Shown here one piece after another: positions 47,024-57,692 of a stretch of DNA of 64,000 nucleotides. The stretch comes from Sulfuricurvum sp. Its GTDB lineage: Bacteria; Campylobacterota; Campylobacteria; Campylobacterales; Sulfurimonadaceae. Numbering within the stretch: position 1 is the stretch's first letter; each line of letters starts with the position of its first letter. The stretch spans positions 193,730 through 257,729 of the forward strand of contig JAQTLL010000005.1 in NCBI GenBank assembly GCA_028714915.1, in the 5' to 3' direction. The notes beneath the pieces were generated by a model. That model saw nothing but the letters and a program-made list of their open reading frames with translations. It was not told the origin of the DNA and searched no databases. A program made the position numbers and the translations under genes.

Positions 47024-48982
47024 CTACCCTTTTACTTTCACTTCGATGGTGGCAACAATACTTGGATCTTCGAGAGTTGAGATATCCTGAGTAATCGCTT
47101 CGCCTTTGGCGATCGAGCGTAGTATTCGGCGCATAATTTTACCTGAGCGGGTTTTTGGAAGTCCAGGTACGAAAACGATGTCATCACAAATAGCAATGTT
47201 ACCGATCTCTTTCATGATCACTTTGTTGATCTCTTTGACCATCTCCATCTCTTCACCGACGGTGTCTTCACTTTTGAGAACAATGTAAGCGAAGATCCCC
47301 TCCCCTTTGATCTCATGCGGTTTACCAACAACGGCTACTTCTGCAACGTTGGGGTGTTTTTTACATGCCGCTTCAACTTCAGCGGTTCCCATACGGTGAC
47401 CGGAAACATTAATAACATCATCCGTACGCCCCGTAATGGTGATGTAGCCTTCCTCGTCGTAAATAGCACCGTCCCCCGTAAAATATACAGCCTGCCCGTC
47501 TTTTTTCACATCACCGAAATACGATTTTACAAAGCGCTCCGGATCACCCCAAATTCCGCGAATCATAGACGGCCAAGGACGTGTTACACACATATAACCA
47601 GCCTCGCCTGCTTCGACTTTTACACCTGTTTGAGGATCAAGAATTTCAGCGATGATGCCCGGAAGCGGGAATGTTGCGCATGCAGGTTTGATTGGAGTCG
47701 CACCTGGAAGGGGAGAAACAATATGTCCGCCAGTTTCCGTTTGCCAGTAGGTATCAACGATAGCACATTTGCTTCCGCCAACTGCCTCATAATACCATTT
47801 CCATGCCGGTGGGTCGATCGGTTCACCTACCGTACCCAAGACTTTTAGAGAGGACAAGTCGTATTTAGCCGGCTCATCTTCACCCATTTTGTGCAATACG
47901 CGGATTGCGGTTGGAGCGGTGTAGAATTGGTTGATTTTGTACTCTTCGACCATTTTCCATGGGCGTCCGGCATCAGGGTATGTAGGTACACCCTCAAACA
48001 TTACCGTCGTCGCACCCATCGCAAGCGGTCCGTAAACAATATACGTGTGTCCGGTAATCCAGCCAACGTCTGCCGTACACCAGTAAGTATCGTTTTCTTT
48101 GACGTCAAATACCCATTCCATCGTCATTTGTGCCCAAAGAATATAACCTGCAGAGTTGTGCTGAACCCCTTTTGGTTTTCCGGTAGAGCCTGAAGTGTAA
48201 AGGAGAAATAACGGATCTTCGGCATCCATAACTTCCGCTTCGCATTTGCTTGACTGATTTTTGATAAGCTCATTGTACGAGTAATCACGTCCTGCTACCC
48301 ACGTAATGTCTTCATTATTTCTCTCAACAACAAGAACCTTCTGTACAGGAGACGTAGCATTAATCGCCTCATCCACAACAGGTTTGAGCATGTATGGCTT
48401 ATCTTTTCGATACGCTCCATCGGCTGTGATGACAACTCTTGCCTGAGCATCTTCAATTCGGTCTTTTAGCGCTTCTGCGGAGAATCCTCCAAATACAATC
48501 GAGTGGATTGCACCGATACGGGCACACGCCAACATAGCATACGCAGCTTCTGGAATCATCGGCATATAGATAACAACACGGTCACCTTTTTTAACACCGA
48601 ACTCATTTTTAAGAAGATTTGCAAATTTATTAACATTGTAATAAAGCTCAAGATAAGTAATAATTTGTTTATCACCTCGATCGCCTTCGAAAATAATTGC
48701 TGCTTTGTTTTTACGAGAAGCTAGATGACGGTCGATACATTGGTGAGCAACATTCAGTTTTCCGTTCACAAACCATTTGTAAAACGGTGCGCTGCTCTCA
48801 TCGAGAACTTGGGTATACGGAGAAAACCAGTCGATTTTTTCGTTGGCAAAATGAGCCCAAAAACCCTCATAATCCTCATTCGCCCATGTTTGAAGATCAT
48901 TGTATTCACACATATTTTTAATACGGGCTTGCTTCGCAAACTCTCGGTTAGGTTGAAAAGTTGGTTTTACGGTATCGTTCAT
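47024..48982 (-). CDS. acs: acetyl-CoA synthetase
   Basis: 652 aa with AMP-binding motif [11 protein letters not shown] and C-terminal [11 protein letters not shown]. Confidence 0.95.
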   Translation of the reverse strand: MNDTVKPTFQPNREFAKQARIKNMCEYNDLQTWANEDYEGFWAHFANEKIDWFSPYTQVLDESSAPFYKWFVNGKLNVAHQCIDRHLASRKNKAAIIFEGDRGDKQIITYLELYYNVNKFANLLKNEFGVKKGDRVVIYMPMIPEAAYAMLACARIGAIHSIVFGGFSAEALKDRIEDAQARVVITADGAYRKDKPYMLKPVVDEAINATSPVQKVLVVERNNEDITWVAGRDYSYNELIKNQSSKCEAEVMDAEDPLFLLYTSGSTGKPKGVQHNSAGYILWAQMTMEWVFDVKENDTYWCTADVGWITGHTYIVYGPLAMGATTVMFEGVPTYPDAGRPWKMVEEYKINQFYTAPTAIRVLHKMGEDEPAKYDLSSLKVLGTVGEPIDPPAWKWYYEAVGGSKCAIVDTYWQTETGGHIVSPLPGATPIKPACATFPLPGIIAEILDPQTGVKVEAGEAGYMCVTRPWPSMIRGIWGDPERFVKSYFGDVKKDGQAVYFTGDGAIYDEEGYITITGRTDDVINVSGHRMGTAEVEAACKKHPNVAEVAVVGKPHEIKGEGIFAYIVLKSEDTVGEEMEMVKEINKVIMKEIGNIAICDDIVFVPGLPKTRSGKIMRRILRSIAKGEAITQDISTLEDPSIVATIEVKVKG

Positions 48983-49011
48983 TGTTAATGCTCCTTTTGT
49001 TTAGTTTAATT

Positions 49012-49070
49012 AATCTGCCTCGAATGAGGCAAGCTTTAGTGCCTTAGCGACAAGCGTAGCCAAGCAAGGC
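49012..49070 (-). repeat. structured intergenic element (family Z) in the acs leader, downstream of the exonuclease gene
   Basis: AATCTGCC, the hairpin GCCTC-GAAT-GAGGC, and a 29-nt box AAGCTTTAGTGCCTTAGCGACAAGCGTAG (49031-49059). The box is 26/29 identical to 51586-51614. Confidence 0.6.
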
Positions 49071-49107
49071 TCTGTGTGCCCCCTCGGATATTGCCCCTGA
49101 TGGTGTT

Positions 49108-49722
49108 CTAAATTCTATGTACATGTTGTAATTTTATATAGACCATTGCGGTCATAATCGCGTCATTCAGCGCGTTGTGTTGTCCCATCCTCGGGATGTT
49201 CAAACTGTCAAGGATTGTATCAAAGCGCAAATCAATATTTCCTTGAGGAATCAAAGCAATTTTTTTATCAAAATAAAGCCCTGAAACTTCAATTTGTTTG
49301 TTGGGCAAGGTAACTCCAAGCCACGGCTTAATCAGACGATTCATCATCGCCATGTCGAACTCCAAATAATAACCTACGAGGGGGCGATTTCCAATAAAAT
49401 CCAAAAATTTTTTTACCCCCTCTAAAGGCTCTATGGCATGTTCCAAATCACACGGTCGGATATGATGAATTTTGATACTCTCCACACTAATCTCTTTGGT
49501 CGGCTTCAAAAAGATCTCAAAGCTCTGGGATGTGAGGATTTTATCCCCTTTGATCTTCACCGCTCCGATACTCAAAACGGCATCTTTTTTCGTATTTAAG
49601 CCCGTCGTTTCCGTATCAAAAACGACCACTTCATCCCCCTCATAAATATCAAAAAGCCATTCGTATTGTGCGTCAAGCAAACCTCTGCGGTTCCATCCAC
49701 GCAACAACGGCTCAAACATCAC
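49108..49722 (-). CDS. DEDDh 3'-5' exonuclease (DnaQ/epsilon-like)
   Basis: Exo I VVFDTETTGL, Exo II-like region, Exo III HNALNDA. 4-nt overlap with the upstream DUF294 gene. Confidence 0.8.
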   Translation of the reverse strand: MMFEPLLRGWNRRGLLDAQYEWLFDIYEGDEVVVFDTETTGLNTKKDAVLSIGAVKIKGDKILTSQSFEIFLKPTKEISVESIKIHHIRPCDLEHAIEPLEGVKKFLDFIGNRPLVGYYLEFDMAMMNRLIKPWLGVTLPNKQIEVSGLYFDKKIALIPQGNIDLRFDTILDSLNIPRMGQHNALNDAIMTAMVYIKLQHVHRI

Positions 49723-51542
49723 ACAACCATTCCCAAATGAAAATGGTAGGTGAGAAATTTTTTAAATGTGTTGACAATTTTAAAGGCATCTTTGAGCAAG
49801 TCCCGATCGGTTTTGCTAAAGAGTTTTGGATTGACGTAGTTTTGTTCCCCGCTCTTTTGCTTTTGTGAAAGCATTGAACGCAAACGTATCCCCAGTAATG
49901 TATCGTATGCCTCAATCAGCTCACTCGCAAACCGTTTGTCGAACAATCCGATATTATTGAGCTCTTTAATCCGCTCGGTCGTATTCGTAGAGCTTATTTT
50001 ATGCTCAAGCGCTAAAATACGAATACCGTGGACAATTGCAAAAATCCCCCCTTTTTTGATGTCCAGTTCACTTTCATGTTCTGCACGCCCTAAAACAAAT
50101 CCCGAAAAGAGGCTCAACGGAGTATCAAAAGCAAGTACCGATTTTGCCAAGTGTGCCAATACATCGCTGCGCCCCTCAAAATGTTCACGAATATAGTCTC
50201 TGCACGCAATTAACAAACTCTCATCTCCTGCAACGCACGAAGCATCCAAAAAAATCGAAAGTGAAAGAAGCGTCTCATCATTAAGTGTCTCCACCCACTG
50301 AGAAATTATCTCTTTATATCCCGAAACACTTCGACGCCAGAATGGATTACTCACCATAACATTACCGCTGCATTTTGGAAATCCTAATCGCAGCAGATAC
50401 TCATTGAACGTCATCATATAGGGCTCGAACTCTGCTTCATTTTCACCATCACGAATAATTAGCGCATTGTCTTGATCGGTACGCAATATTTGCTCACCTC
50501 TCCCCTCGCTCCCCATCACGATGAGGGCACACTTGGTCTGAAGTTCTTGCGGAACGACCAATTCAAATACTTTACGATACATCTTGGCATTGAGCTCACT
50601 TACCAGCTTCGAGATGTATCGTACCTTCACCCCTTTTGAGGTCAGCGAACTGATAAGATGGGTCAAAGAACGTTGTGCATTTTGAAGTTCATCGATGCTT
50701 AGAGCACGATCAATCGAGGCGGCAATCAGATGAGTATGGTTGGCAAAATGGCTCAACAAATCAAGCTGTTCCAAAATACCGACAATCTTCTCATCCTCCA
50801 CCACAATCAGCCGTTTTACCCCGTATTTTGTAAAAAGAAGCAATGCGTTAAATAAAAAATCGCTCCGCTCAATTGTCACAAGACCAAATGTAGCAATCTC
50901 GCCGATGGGATCTTGCGTACTTTTTTGGGCTAAAAGCACTTTTTCACGTAAATTCGTATCGGTTACAATCCCGATGGATATGCCATCATGAACCAAAATA
51001 ACATCGGCATTTTGACTTGCCATATTTTCTAATGCTTCTTTGATGGATGTTTTTGCATCGACAAAACAGGGTGTATGCAAATAAATTTCATCAACACGAG
51101 AGACCATAAACGGGGTCAATTCATTTTGGTGCTGACGTTCTTTGAGATTTTGATGTTTAGTGATGAAGTCTTGCATAAAGTAGTTTTGAAAAGATTCAAC
51201 GTCTTGAAGAAGATTGAGAAAAGACTCTTTAGGAAGTTCATAGCAGATGAGATCTTCTGCTACACTAAAAGTGCTTTGGGTATTTCCATAAATGAGCGCG
51301 TTGGGATCAAAACTGTCACGCTCTCCATAGATATTTTGAAGTTCGCCTTCGATGGTCTCGTTAACTATCCCTTTGATAATAATACAAAGCGATTGGGCCC
51401 GAACCCTAGGAGCGATCAAGACCGTCTCCTTGGGATAATAAGCAATATCCATTTGGGTCATCAGTTTCTCAATCATCCTTTCATCCAAAAGATCGAAAGG
51501 ATGGATTGACATTAATAATGCTTTTTGGTCAAAAAGACTCAA
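49719..51542 (-). CDS. cNMP-binding + tandem CBS + DUF294 nucleotidyltransferase protein
   Basis: N-terminal cyclic-nucleotide-binding-like domain, two CBS-like segments, NTase motif GSEGRGEQILRTDQDNA, and a C-terminal helical DUF294_C-like region. TTG start with AGGAG 6 nt upstream. Confidence 0.8.
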   Translation of the reverse strand: MSLFDQKALLMSIHPFDLLDERMIEKLMTQMDIAYYPKETVLIAPRVRAQSLCIIIKGIVNETIEGELQNIYGERDSFDPNALIYGNTQSTFSVAEDLICYELPKESFLNLLQDVESFQNYFMQDFITKHQNLKERQHQNELTPFMVSRVDEIYLHTPCFVDAKTSIKEALENMASQNADVILVHDGISIGIVTDTNLREKVLLAQKSTQDPIGEIATFGLVTIERSDFLFNALLLFTKYGVKRLIVVEDEKIVGILEQLDLLSHFANHTHLIAASIDRALSIDELQNAQRSLTHLISSLTSKGVKVRYISKLVSELNAKMYRKVFELVVPQELQTKCALIVMGSEGRGEQILRTDQDNALIIRDGENEAEFEPYMMTFNEYLLRLGFPKCSGNVMVSNPFWRRSVSGYKEIISQWVETLNDETLLSLSIFLDASCVAGDESLLIACRDYIREHFEGRSDVLAHLAKSVLAFDTPLSLFSGFVLGRAEHESELDIKKGGIFAIVHGIRILALEHKISSTNTTERIKELNNIGLFDKRFASELIEAYDTLLGIRLRSMLSQKQKSGEQNYVNPKLFSKTDRDLLKDAFKIVNTFKKFLTYHFHLGMVV

Positions 51543-51567
51543 AATTGACTCCTGATTCAGTGAAAGA

Positions 51568-51637
51568 AATCTGCCCCAAAGGGGTAAGCTTCAGTGCCTT
51601 AGCGGCGAGCGTAGTACAAGGGATGTATTCCTTGTAC
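51568..51637 (-). repeat. structured intergenic element (family Z) between actP and the DUF294 gene
   Basis: AATCTGCC, the hairpin CCCC-AAA-GGGG, the 29-nt box AAGCTTCAGTGCCTTAGCGGCGAGCGTAG (51586-51614), then a perfect 8-bp hairpin GTACAAGG-N8-CCTTGTAC (51614-51637). Confidence 0.6.
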
Positions 51638-51644
51638 GTTCCAA

Positions 51645-53306
51645 TTAGTGTTCTACTGCACCTTCTGCACCGATACCCGTTTGAGCACGAATATATTGAG
51701 CTTCGAATGCTTCACGCTCACGGGCTGCCATATCACTATTATCGGTAATCGAAAAGAACCAGATTCCGATAAATGCAGCACTCACAGAAAACAGTGCAGG
51801 ATATTTGTATGGGAAAATTGCTTCCGCATTGCCCAAAAAGTCAACCCATACGGTAGGACCTAGAACCACTAAAACAGCCGCCGTCAAAAGACCCAATGAT
51901 CCGCCTAACAATGCACCGCGAGTCGTGAGTTTCGACCAATACATAGAAAGGAATAAAATCGGAAAGTTAGCACTTGCCGCGATAGCAAATGCCAATCCGA
52001 CCATGAACGCAATATTTTGCTCTTCAAATGCAATTCCTAAATAAATCGCAATAATTCCCAAAATAACCGTCGCAATTTTAGAAACTTTCATTTCCATCAA
52101 TCCATCTGCCTTGCCTTTACGAATAACACTCGCATAAAGGTCATGGGATATTGCCGAAGCCCCTGCAAGAGTAAGTCCTGAAACAACCGCAAGAATCGTT
52201 GCAAACGCTACCGCTGAAATAAATCCTAAAAAGAAATCGCCGCCCACTGCATGAGAGAGGTGAATCGCCGCCATGTTATCGCCGCCAAGGATCGGAGAAC
52301 CGCCATCTACTGCTTGTTTTGCAAGATCAAGATATTGTGGGTTTTGGAATACCATAACAATCGCACCGAAACCGATGATAAAAGTCAGGATATAGAAATA
52401 CCCGATAAATCCTGTCGCATAAAAAACTGATTTACGTGCTTCTTTTGCATCGCTGACGGTGAAAAAGCGCATAAGAATATGCGGAAGACCAGCTGTACCG
52501 AACATCAGAGCAATTCCCAGTGAAATAGCTGAAATCGGATCACTTACCAATTTGCCCGGAGCCATAATTGAAACATCTTTCATTTGAACCGCAGTAGCAA
52601 ATAATGACTCGAAATTGAAGTTATAGTGCGCCATAACTGCAATTGCCATAAATGTTGCACCTGAGAGCAATAAGAAGGCTTTGATAATTTGAACCCATGT
52701 CGTTGCCAACATACCGCCAAATGTGACATAGAGAATCATCAATACACCCACTAATACAACCGCTATTTCATAATCAAGTCCGAAAAGAAGCTGAATAAGT
52801 TTTCCTGCTCCTACCATTTGAGCGATCAAATACAAGATAACCGTTGTAATCGATCCAAACGCTGCTAATGTACGGATAGGGGTTTGACGCAAGCGATACG
52901 ATGCAACGTCTGCGAATGTATATTTACCAAGATTACGAAGCTGTTCAGCCACCATAAACAAAATGATCGGCCATCCAACCAAGAAACCGATAGAGTAGAT
53001 TAAACCGTCATACCCTTTACCGTAAACGAGAGCTGAAATCCCCAAAAACGATGCCGCAGACATATAGTCTCCCGCGATTGCCATACCGTTTTGAAAACCG
53101 GTAATTCCGCCGCCTGCTGTATAGAAATCTTTAGCTGTTTTGGTACGTTTTGCCGCCCAATAGGTAATTCCCAATGTCGCTCCTACGAAGATCAAAAACA
53201 TGATAATTGCCGACATATTTAACGGTTGTTTTTCTACCGCACCGCTGAGTGCCTCACTGGCAAATATCCCAGCTGATCCGAGAAGTAAAAAGAGTATTGG
53301 TTTCAT
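51645..53306 (-). CDS. actP: cation/acetate symporter ActP (SSS family)
   Basis: 553 aa, ~14 [33 protein letters not shown]. Preceded by a DUF485 gene, as in yjcH-actP. Confidence 0.9.
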   Translation of the reverse strand: MKPILFLLLGSAGIFASEALSGAVEKQPLNMSAIIMFLIFVGATLGITYWAAKRTKTAKDFYTAGGGITGFQNGMAIAGDYMSAASFLGISALVYGKGYDGLIYSIGFLVGWPIILFMVAEQLRNLGKYTFADVASYRLRQTPIRTLAAFGSITTVILYLIAQMVGAGKLIQLLFGLDYEIAVVLVGVLMILYVTFGGMLATTWVQIIKAFLLLSGATFMAIAVMAHYNFNFESLFATAVQMKDVSIMAPGKLVSDPISAISLGIALMFGTAGLPHILMRFFTVSDAKEARKSVFYATGFIGYFYILTFIIGFGAIVMVFQNPQYLDLAKQAVDGGSPILGGDNMAAIHLSHAVGGDFFLGFISAVAFATILAVVSGLTLAGASAISHDLYASVIRKGKADGLMEMKVSKIATVILGIIAIYLGIAFEEQNIAFMVGLAFAIAASANFPILFLSMYWSKLTTRGALLGGSLGLLTAAVLVVLGPTVWVDFLGNAEAIFPYKYPALFSVSAAFIGIWFFSITDNSDMAAREREAFEAQYIRAQTGIGAEGAVEH

Positions 53307-53620
53307 TATTCCCCCTTCGCTTTCGCTTTAATACGGCGAGTAAGCTCATCAAACTCACCGTTTGCACGACGTACATAAATCCCTGTCAAAAGAAATGCAC
53401 TGATAATCACAGCAACACCCACTGGGATACCTACTGTTGTAACAGAACCCTCTGACAACGGTGTTCCCAAAATTGACGGATCAAACGCAATCGTCAATAC
53501 AAAGCCAAAATAAATAACCAACATCACAATTGTCAATGTCCATGCGAATTTACTTCGCACAGATACAAGCTGTATAAAATCTGGATCGTTTTTAATACGA
53601 TCGACCATCTCTTGTTTCAT
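53306..53620 (-). CDS. DUF485 (YjcH-like) inner membrane protein
   Basis: 104 aa, two TMs. The stop overlaps the actP start by 1 nt. Confidence 0.8.
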   Translation of the reverse strand: MKQEMVDRIKNDPDFIQLVSVRSKFAWTLTIVMLVIYFGFVLTIAFDPSILGTPLSEGSVTTVGIPVGVAVIISAFLLTGIYVRRANGEFDELTRRIKAKAKGE

Positions 53621-53632
53621 AATCGTATTCCT

Positions 53633-54970
53633 TTAAAAGTTATAATTGGCAATAAAACGGTATTCATTCCAATCTGTACCTACACCAGAGGTGTTTTGTG
53701 CAAAATCACGTGTGTAGTTTGCACGTAAACGCAACTGAAGATTTTTCATTGTTTGTGGATTATAGATAACATCAAATCCAGATTCAGTTGTTGTACATGC
53801 CTTTGCAGAATACCCATTAAGAGCATCCAATTTAAATGACGCATAATAAATACCGGTATTGAGATTGACCCCGAAGTTTTTCCAATCATAATTTCCGGCA
53901 AGTTTCCACGCATCCGTTCCCGCCATAAATTGGTGACGGGTTACCATACCCTGAGTATACGCCGGCATACCGCCCCATGGAGAAATTGTTCCACCATTTG
54001 TTGCCGCAGAGCTCGCATCTTTGCTATTATGAGAAACAGCACCAAAAACATCAAAATTAGCAACTTTTACCCCTGCTTTTGCACCTATAAAATCACTTTT
54101 AACTTTTCCGGCATAATCAGCTCCAACATTATCTTCACGAATGTATTGAGCTCCGAGATAACCATTAACCTCTTTAGTGATAGCTGCTCCGTAATTTGCT
54201 TCGGTATAGATTGCATTCAGAATATCGTGTGCATAGTAATCCCAAAGTTGGAGTTTAAGCCCTGGAATTCCTGAATAAATTGCACCCGCAACCGTTACTC
54301 CGCCAGTATTGTGTCCAACAGCATATTTTCCCATATCCTCAAAACTACCCGTTTGATTTCTTGAATCAATATAAGAATAACCCGCTGTAGCACTCAAAAT
54401 AGCATTCGCATGATTAAGACCTGCATCATAAACACGCCCAAATGTTCCTTGAGCAAATTTTGTAACATGCCCCGCAACAATTGTAGTGTCTTTAATATCA
54501 GTATTTGTCAATACATACGCTTCAAAAAGATTTGGAAGCATACGGGCATCATCACTGCCCGCCATCGGAGTATCAAGCTTTTGTCGACCTCCTTTAAATG
54601 TTGTATTTCCATTTTTGTATTGGAGATATGCTTCACCAAGATAGATGTCATTTTGATTATTAGTACTTAATAATGTTGGATCTACTTCCCTAAGATTAGA
54701 ACGATCATTTAAAGCGAATCCGATTGTTCCATACGCGGCCGCACCCAAACTCAAACCATTCCATGCACCTGTTTCGTATTTGACATATCCGCCAATAGCA
54801 TTTGCTCTACGTGTATAATCACTCGCACCATTATAATCACGGCTGATTGAAAATTCACGAGCCTGTCCGCTCATTTTTCCCTCACTAAACATGCTCGCCA
54901 AATCATCCGCTGCCATAGCATTTGCTACAATGATTGATGCTAAAAACGATAAATGTATCGCTCGTTTCAT
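53633..54970 (-). CDS. outer membrane porin, OprD-like
   Basis: Signal peptide ...ANAMA, alternating beta pattern, and a C-terminal ...RFIANYNF aromatic terminus. The family call is from memory of Campylobacterota OprD-family porins. Confidence 0.6.
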   Translation of the reverse strand: MKRAIHLSFLASIIVANAMAADDLASMFSEGKMSGQAREFSISRDYNGASDYTRRANAIGGYVKYETGAWNGLSLGAAAYGTIGFALNDRSNLREVDPTLLSTNNQNDIYLGEAYLQYKNGNTTFKGGRQKLDTPMAGSDDARMLPNLFEAYVLTNTDIKDTTIVAGHVTKFAQGTFGRVYDAGLNHANAILSATAGYSYIDSRNQTGSFEDMGKYAVGHNTGGVTVAGAIYSGIPGLKLQLWDYYAHDILNAIYTEANYGAAITKEVNGYLGAQYIREDNVGADYAGKVKSDFIGAKAGVKVANFDVFGAVSHNSKDASSAATNGGTISPWGGMPAYTQGMVTRHQFMAGTDAWKLAGNYDWKNFGVNLNTGIYYASFKLDALNGYSAKACTTTESGFDVIYNPQTMKNLQLRLRANYTRDFAQNTSGVGTDWNEYRFIANYNF

Positions 54971-55102
54971 TTTTGCTCCTTCTAGTTTCTTTCACTGTCA
55001 TCATAAAAAGTAATCGTAGCATGAACGTAGCATTTGATAAATTAGAAAAAATTATCCATAAAAATCAAAATCAAGATAAAAAAACTGAGTAGAAAAGTAA
55101 CA

Positions 55103-55768
55103 CTATAAAGAACGCGGAATATCAATCATATACCCTAATGCACGAATATTTTGGATGAAATCTTCTTTGAGACTTTTATTTAAACGGCTGACTTCGGCAC
55201 GAATAGTCGCATTATCAACGTATTCATCATCCCAAATATAGGTTCGGAATTGATCAAAATCAACTACCCTCCCCCGATTACGAGCCAATAAATCGATGAT
55301 TTGCAATTGCCGTTTCGAGAGGGAATGTGTTACATTATCACACAGTAATGTTGAGGTTGATGCATCATACGCATAGCTCTTCGAAAGACGCACATGGCTT
55401 TGGGGAATAACACAGCTTTGCATTACTTTATCAATACGCAATGAAAGTTCCTTGAGATGAAACGGTTTTTTGAGATAATCATAACATCCCAGATCATACG
55501 CCCGACTGATCCCCTCGATGTCTGCTAAGGCACTGATATAAATAGCAGGAGGACGAATTTTAAGGAGATGAAGTTGTTCGAGCAAATCCAGCCCATCAAT
55601 TCCAGGGACATTGATATCCAGGATAAGCAGATCAAAATTCTCGCCTTGAATACACACCAAAGCATCACTTCCGTCATAACATGTCACAACACGATGCCCT
55701 AACGTCACCAAATACTCACTGATTGCTTCACAGAGCATCTGTTCATCTTCAAGCAAAAGAATTTTCAC
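55103..55768 (-). CDS. OmpR-type response regulator
   Basis: Receiver domain (LLEDE, DLLILDINVPGIDG, K at LKKPF) plus a winged-helix output domain. Confidence 0.9.
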   Translation of the reverse strand: MKILLLEDEQMLCEAISEYLVTLGHRVVTCYDGSDALVCIQGENFDLLILDINVPGIDGLDLLEQLHLLKIRPPAIYISALADIEGISRAYDLGCYDYLKKPFHLKELSLRIDKVMQSCVIPQSHVRLSKSYAYDASTSTLLCDNVTHSLSKRQLQIIDLLARNRGRVVDFDQFRTYIWDDEYVDNATIRAEVSRLNKSLKEDFIQNIRALGYMIDIPRSL

Positions 55769-57024
55769 ACATCCCCCTTTTTAGGAAACTGATAGTCGAA
55801 ACGGGTATATTTAACCGTTGAATCAATACGAATATCAACCCCTTCTTCATCACAAATCGATTTCACCAAGCTCAACCCCAAGCCAAATCCATCACTTTTT
55901 TTACGTTCCCGATAGTAAGCTTCAAAAATCTTATCCACATCCTGAATTTTTTGTGATTTGCTCTCAACCCAAAAAGTACACGCATCAATATTGGATCTGA
56001 CACCCACCCGAACAACTTCCCCATTTTTAGTATACTTAATCGCATTGGTAAGATTATTATCAATTACCCGCTGAAGCTTTGTCTCATTAAAATAGATCCA
56101 TGCAGGAAATTCATGTTTACTGTATTGGAAGGATAGGTTTGAAAACTGAGCAACCTCATCGAAAAATTCAAGCCGTTTTTCAACATATTCTCCCAAATCT
56201 ATCGCTTTTTTAGGATACTCGATCTGATCTTTTTTGACCAAATAGCTCAAATCATCATAAATACTAAAAATATTTTTAACCGCCGCTTCAATTTTAGCAA
56301 GATAACGGTTGCGCCCCTCGTGCATGCTAAACAGTTCGATATTCGCCATAATCACCGAAAGAGGAGTATGGGTCTCGTGAATCGCATAACGGATAAACTG
56401 CTTGTGCGATTCGAGCAACCCTTGTGAAAACTCACGCTCCTCTTCAAGCGCTTCATTTTTGAGCTGCAGCGCTTTTGTTTTTTGTTTCACCCGATCTTCC
56501 AAACTCGCGTTGAGAGAGCGAAGAGACTCTTTTTGCTCATAAATCGTTGCCCCCATCTCATTGGCATATCCCGCCATTTTTTTAAACTCATTAAAATAGA
56601 GTTCATCAAGGAGAATTGCTTCTGCTTTTTCGTGCGCCGATTCAAAGAACGTTAAAAAACGCTCCATGTCACGAGCAATCATACTGTTAATAATTTTCGA
56701 GATTCCGACAATAAATCCAAACAAAATCAATGCCAGTGTCGCAATTTCAACCATTATTTTTATCAAACGTGTTTTGGGTAAATCTTGAAACGAAAGAGAA
56801 CTGCTTAATGGGGTATTTTTACTGATTTCAATTCCGTGCTGTGCTGTTTTTAAAAAATCTTTGTATTCATCGTAAATCAGTAATGATGAAAAAATAACTG
56901 TAAAAAAAAGAATAAAGACAATGGTATAAAAATTAAGTTCTCGTAAAGAGATACGGGACAATCTACGCTGTAACCACGACTCCATGCCATTCCTGTCAAA
57001 TAAAATTGCCTCATTATAACCCAT
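55765..57024 (-). CDS. sensor histidine kinase
   Basis: Two TMs, H-box IHETHTPLSVI, N box NLTNAIKYT, G boxes DGFGLGLS. 4-nt overlap with the regulator gene. Confidence 0.85.
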   Translation of the reverse strand: MGYNEAILFDRNGMESWLQRRLSRISLRELNFYTIVFILFFTVIFSSLLIYDEYKDFLKTAQHGIEISKNTPLSSSLSFQDLPKTRLIKIMVEIATLALILFGFIVGISKIINSMIARDMERFLTFFESAHEKAEAILLDELYFNEFKKMAGYANEMGATIYEQKESLRSLNASLEDRVKQKTKALQLKNEALEEEREFSQGLLESHKQFIRYAIHETHTPLSVIMANIELFSMHEGRNRYLAKIEAAVKNIFSIYDDLSYLVKKDQIEYPKKAIDLGEYVEKRLEFFDEVAQFSNLSFQYSKHEFPAWIYFNETKLQRVIDNNLTNAIKYTKNGEVVRVGVRSNIDACTFWVESKSQKIQDVDKIFEAYYRERKKSDGFGLGLSLVKSICDEEGVDIRIDSTVKYTRFDYQFPKKGDV

Positions 57025-57086
57025 TACACCCGATTGGTTAAGAAAAACCGACTATAATTGCAAAAAATTCCCTCAAGGATCAACTT

Positions 57087-57593
57087 ATGTTCGGACGCAA
57101 AGAACTCAAAACTTATACTGTCACTCCCGAAGAGATGGCAAGTTACCAATGGGCAAAAATGACCACTGCAAAAGGGGTTATGTGGATTAAACTTTACAAT
57201 GAGGAGACTCCAAACACGGTTGCAAACTTTGCTGCAATGGTAAAAGACGGCTATTACGACGGTCTTAACTTTCACCGTGTAATCCCGGGTTTCATGGCTC
57301 AGGGCGGATGTCCTCACGGTACAGGTACAGGCGGTCCAGGTTGGGCAATCCCTTGTGAAACAGCACTCAACACGCACCGTCACGTCAAAGGAACTCTCTC
57401 TATGGCTCACGCAGGTCCAAATACAGGGGGAAGCCAGTTCTTCATCTGTTTTGCTGCAACTCCGCATCTTGATGGTGTTCACACGGTTTTTGGCGGTATC
57501 GAAAAAGATGACGCTGAATCTATGGCAGTTCTTGACAGTATTGCTATGCGTGATGTTATTGAAAAAGTCGAGATTTTGGCAGAAAAGAATTAA
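57087..57593 (+). CDS. ppiB: cyclophilin-type peptidyl-prolyl isomerase
   Basis: FHRVIPGFMAQGG and SMAHAGPNTGGSQFFI motifs. No signal peptide. Confidence 0.95.
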   Translation: MFGRKELKTYTVTPEEMASYQWAKMTTAKGVMWIKLYNEETPNTVANFAAMVKDGYYDGLNFHRVIPGFMAQGGCPHGTGTGGPGWAIPCETALNTHRHVKGTLSMAHAGPNTGGSQFFICFAATPHLDGVHTVFGGIEKDDAESMAVLDSIAMRDVIEKVEILAEKN

Positions 57594-57603
57594 GATGCTT
57601 TTC

Positions 57604-57686
57604 CTCCCGTCATTCCCAACTCGATTGGGAATCCAGCTCTCTTCTTTAAGATGGATCCCCGATCAAGTCTGGGATGACGAAAAAAA
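57604..57686 (+). repeat. two-module structured intergenic repeat (family XY), order Y-X
   Basis: Module Y is CCGTCATTCCC-AACTCGATT-GGGAATCCAGCTCTCTTCTTTAAG, followed by module X ATGGATCCCCG-ATCAAGT-CTGGGATGACGAAAA. It is a circular permutation of the copy at 28914-28996. Confidence 0.6.
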
Positions 57687-57692
57687 CTATTT

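Noticed and set aside
57024-57482. 152-aa minus-strand Cys-rich ORF
   Set aside because: It is antisense to the cyclophilin gene, whose identity is unambiguous.
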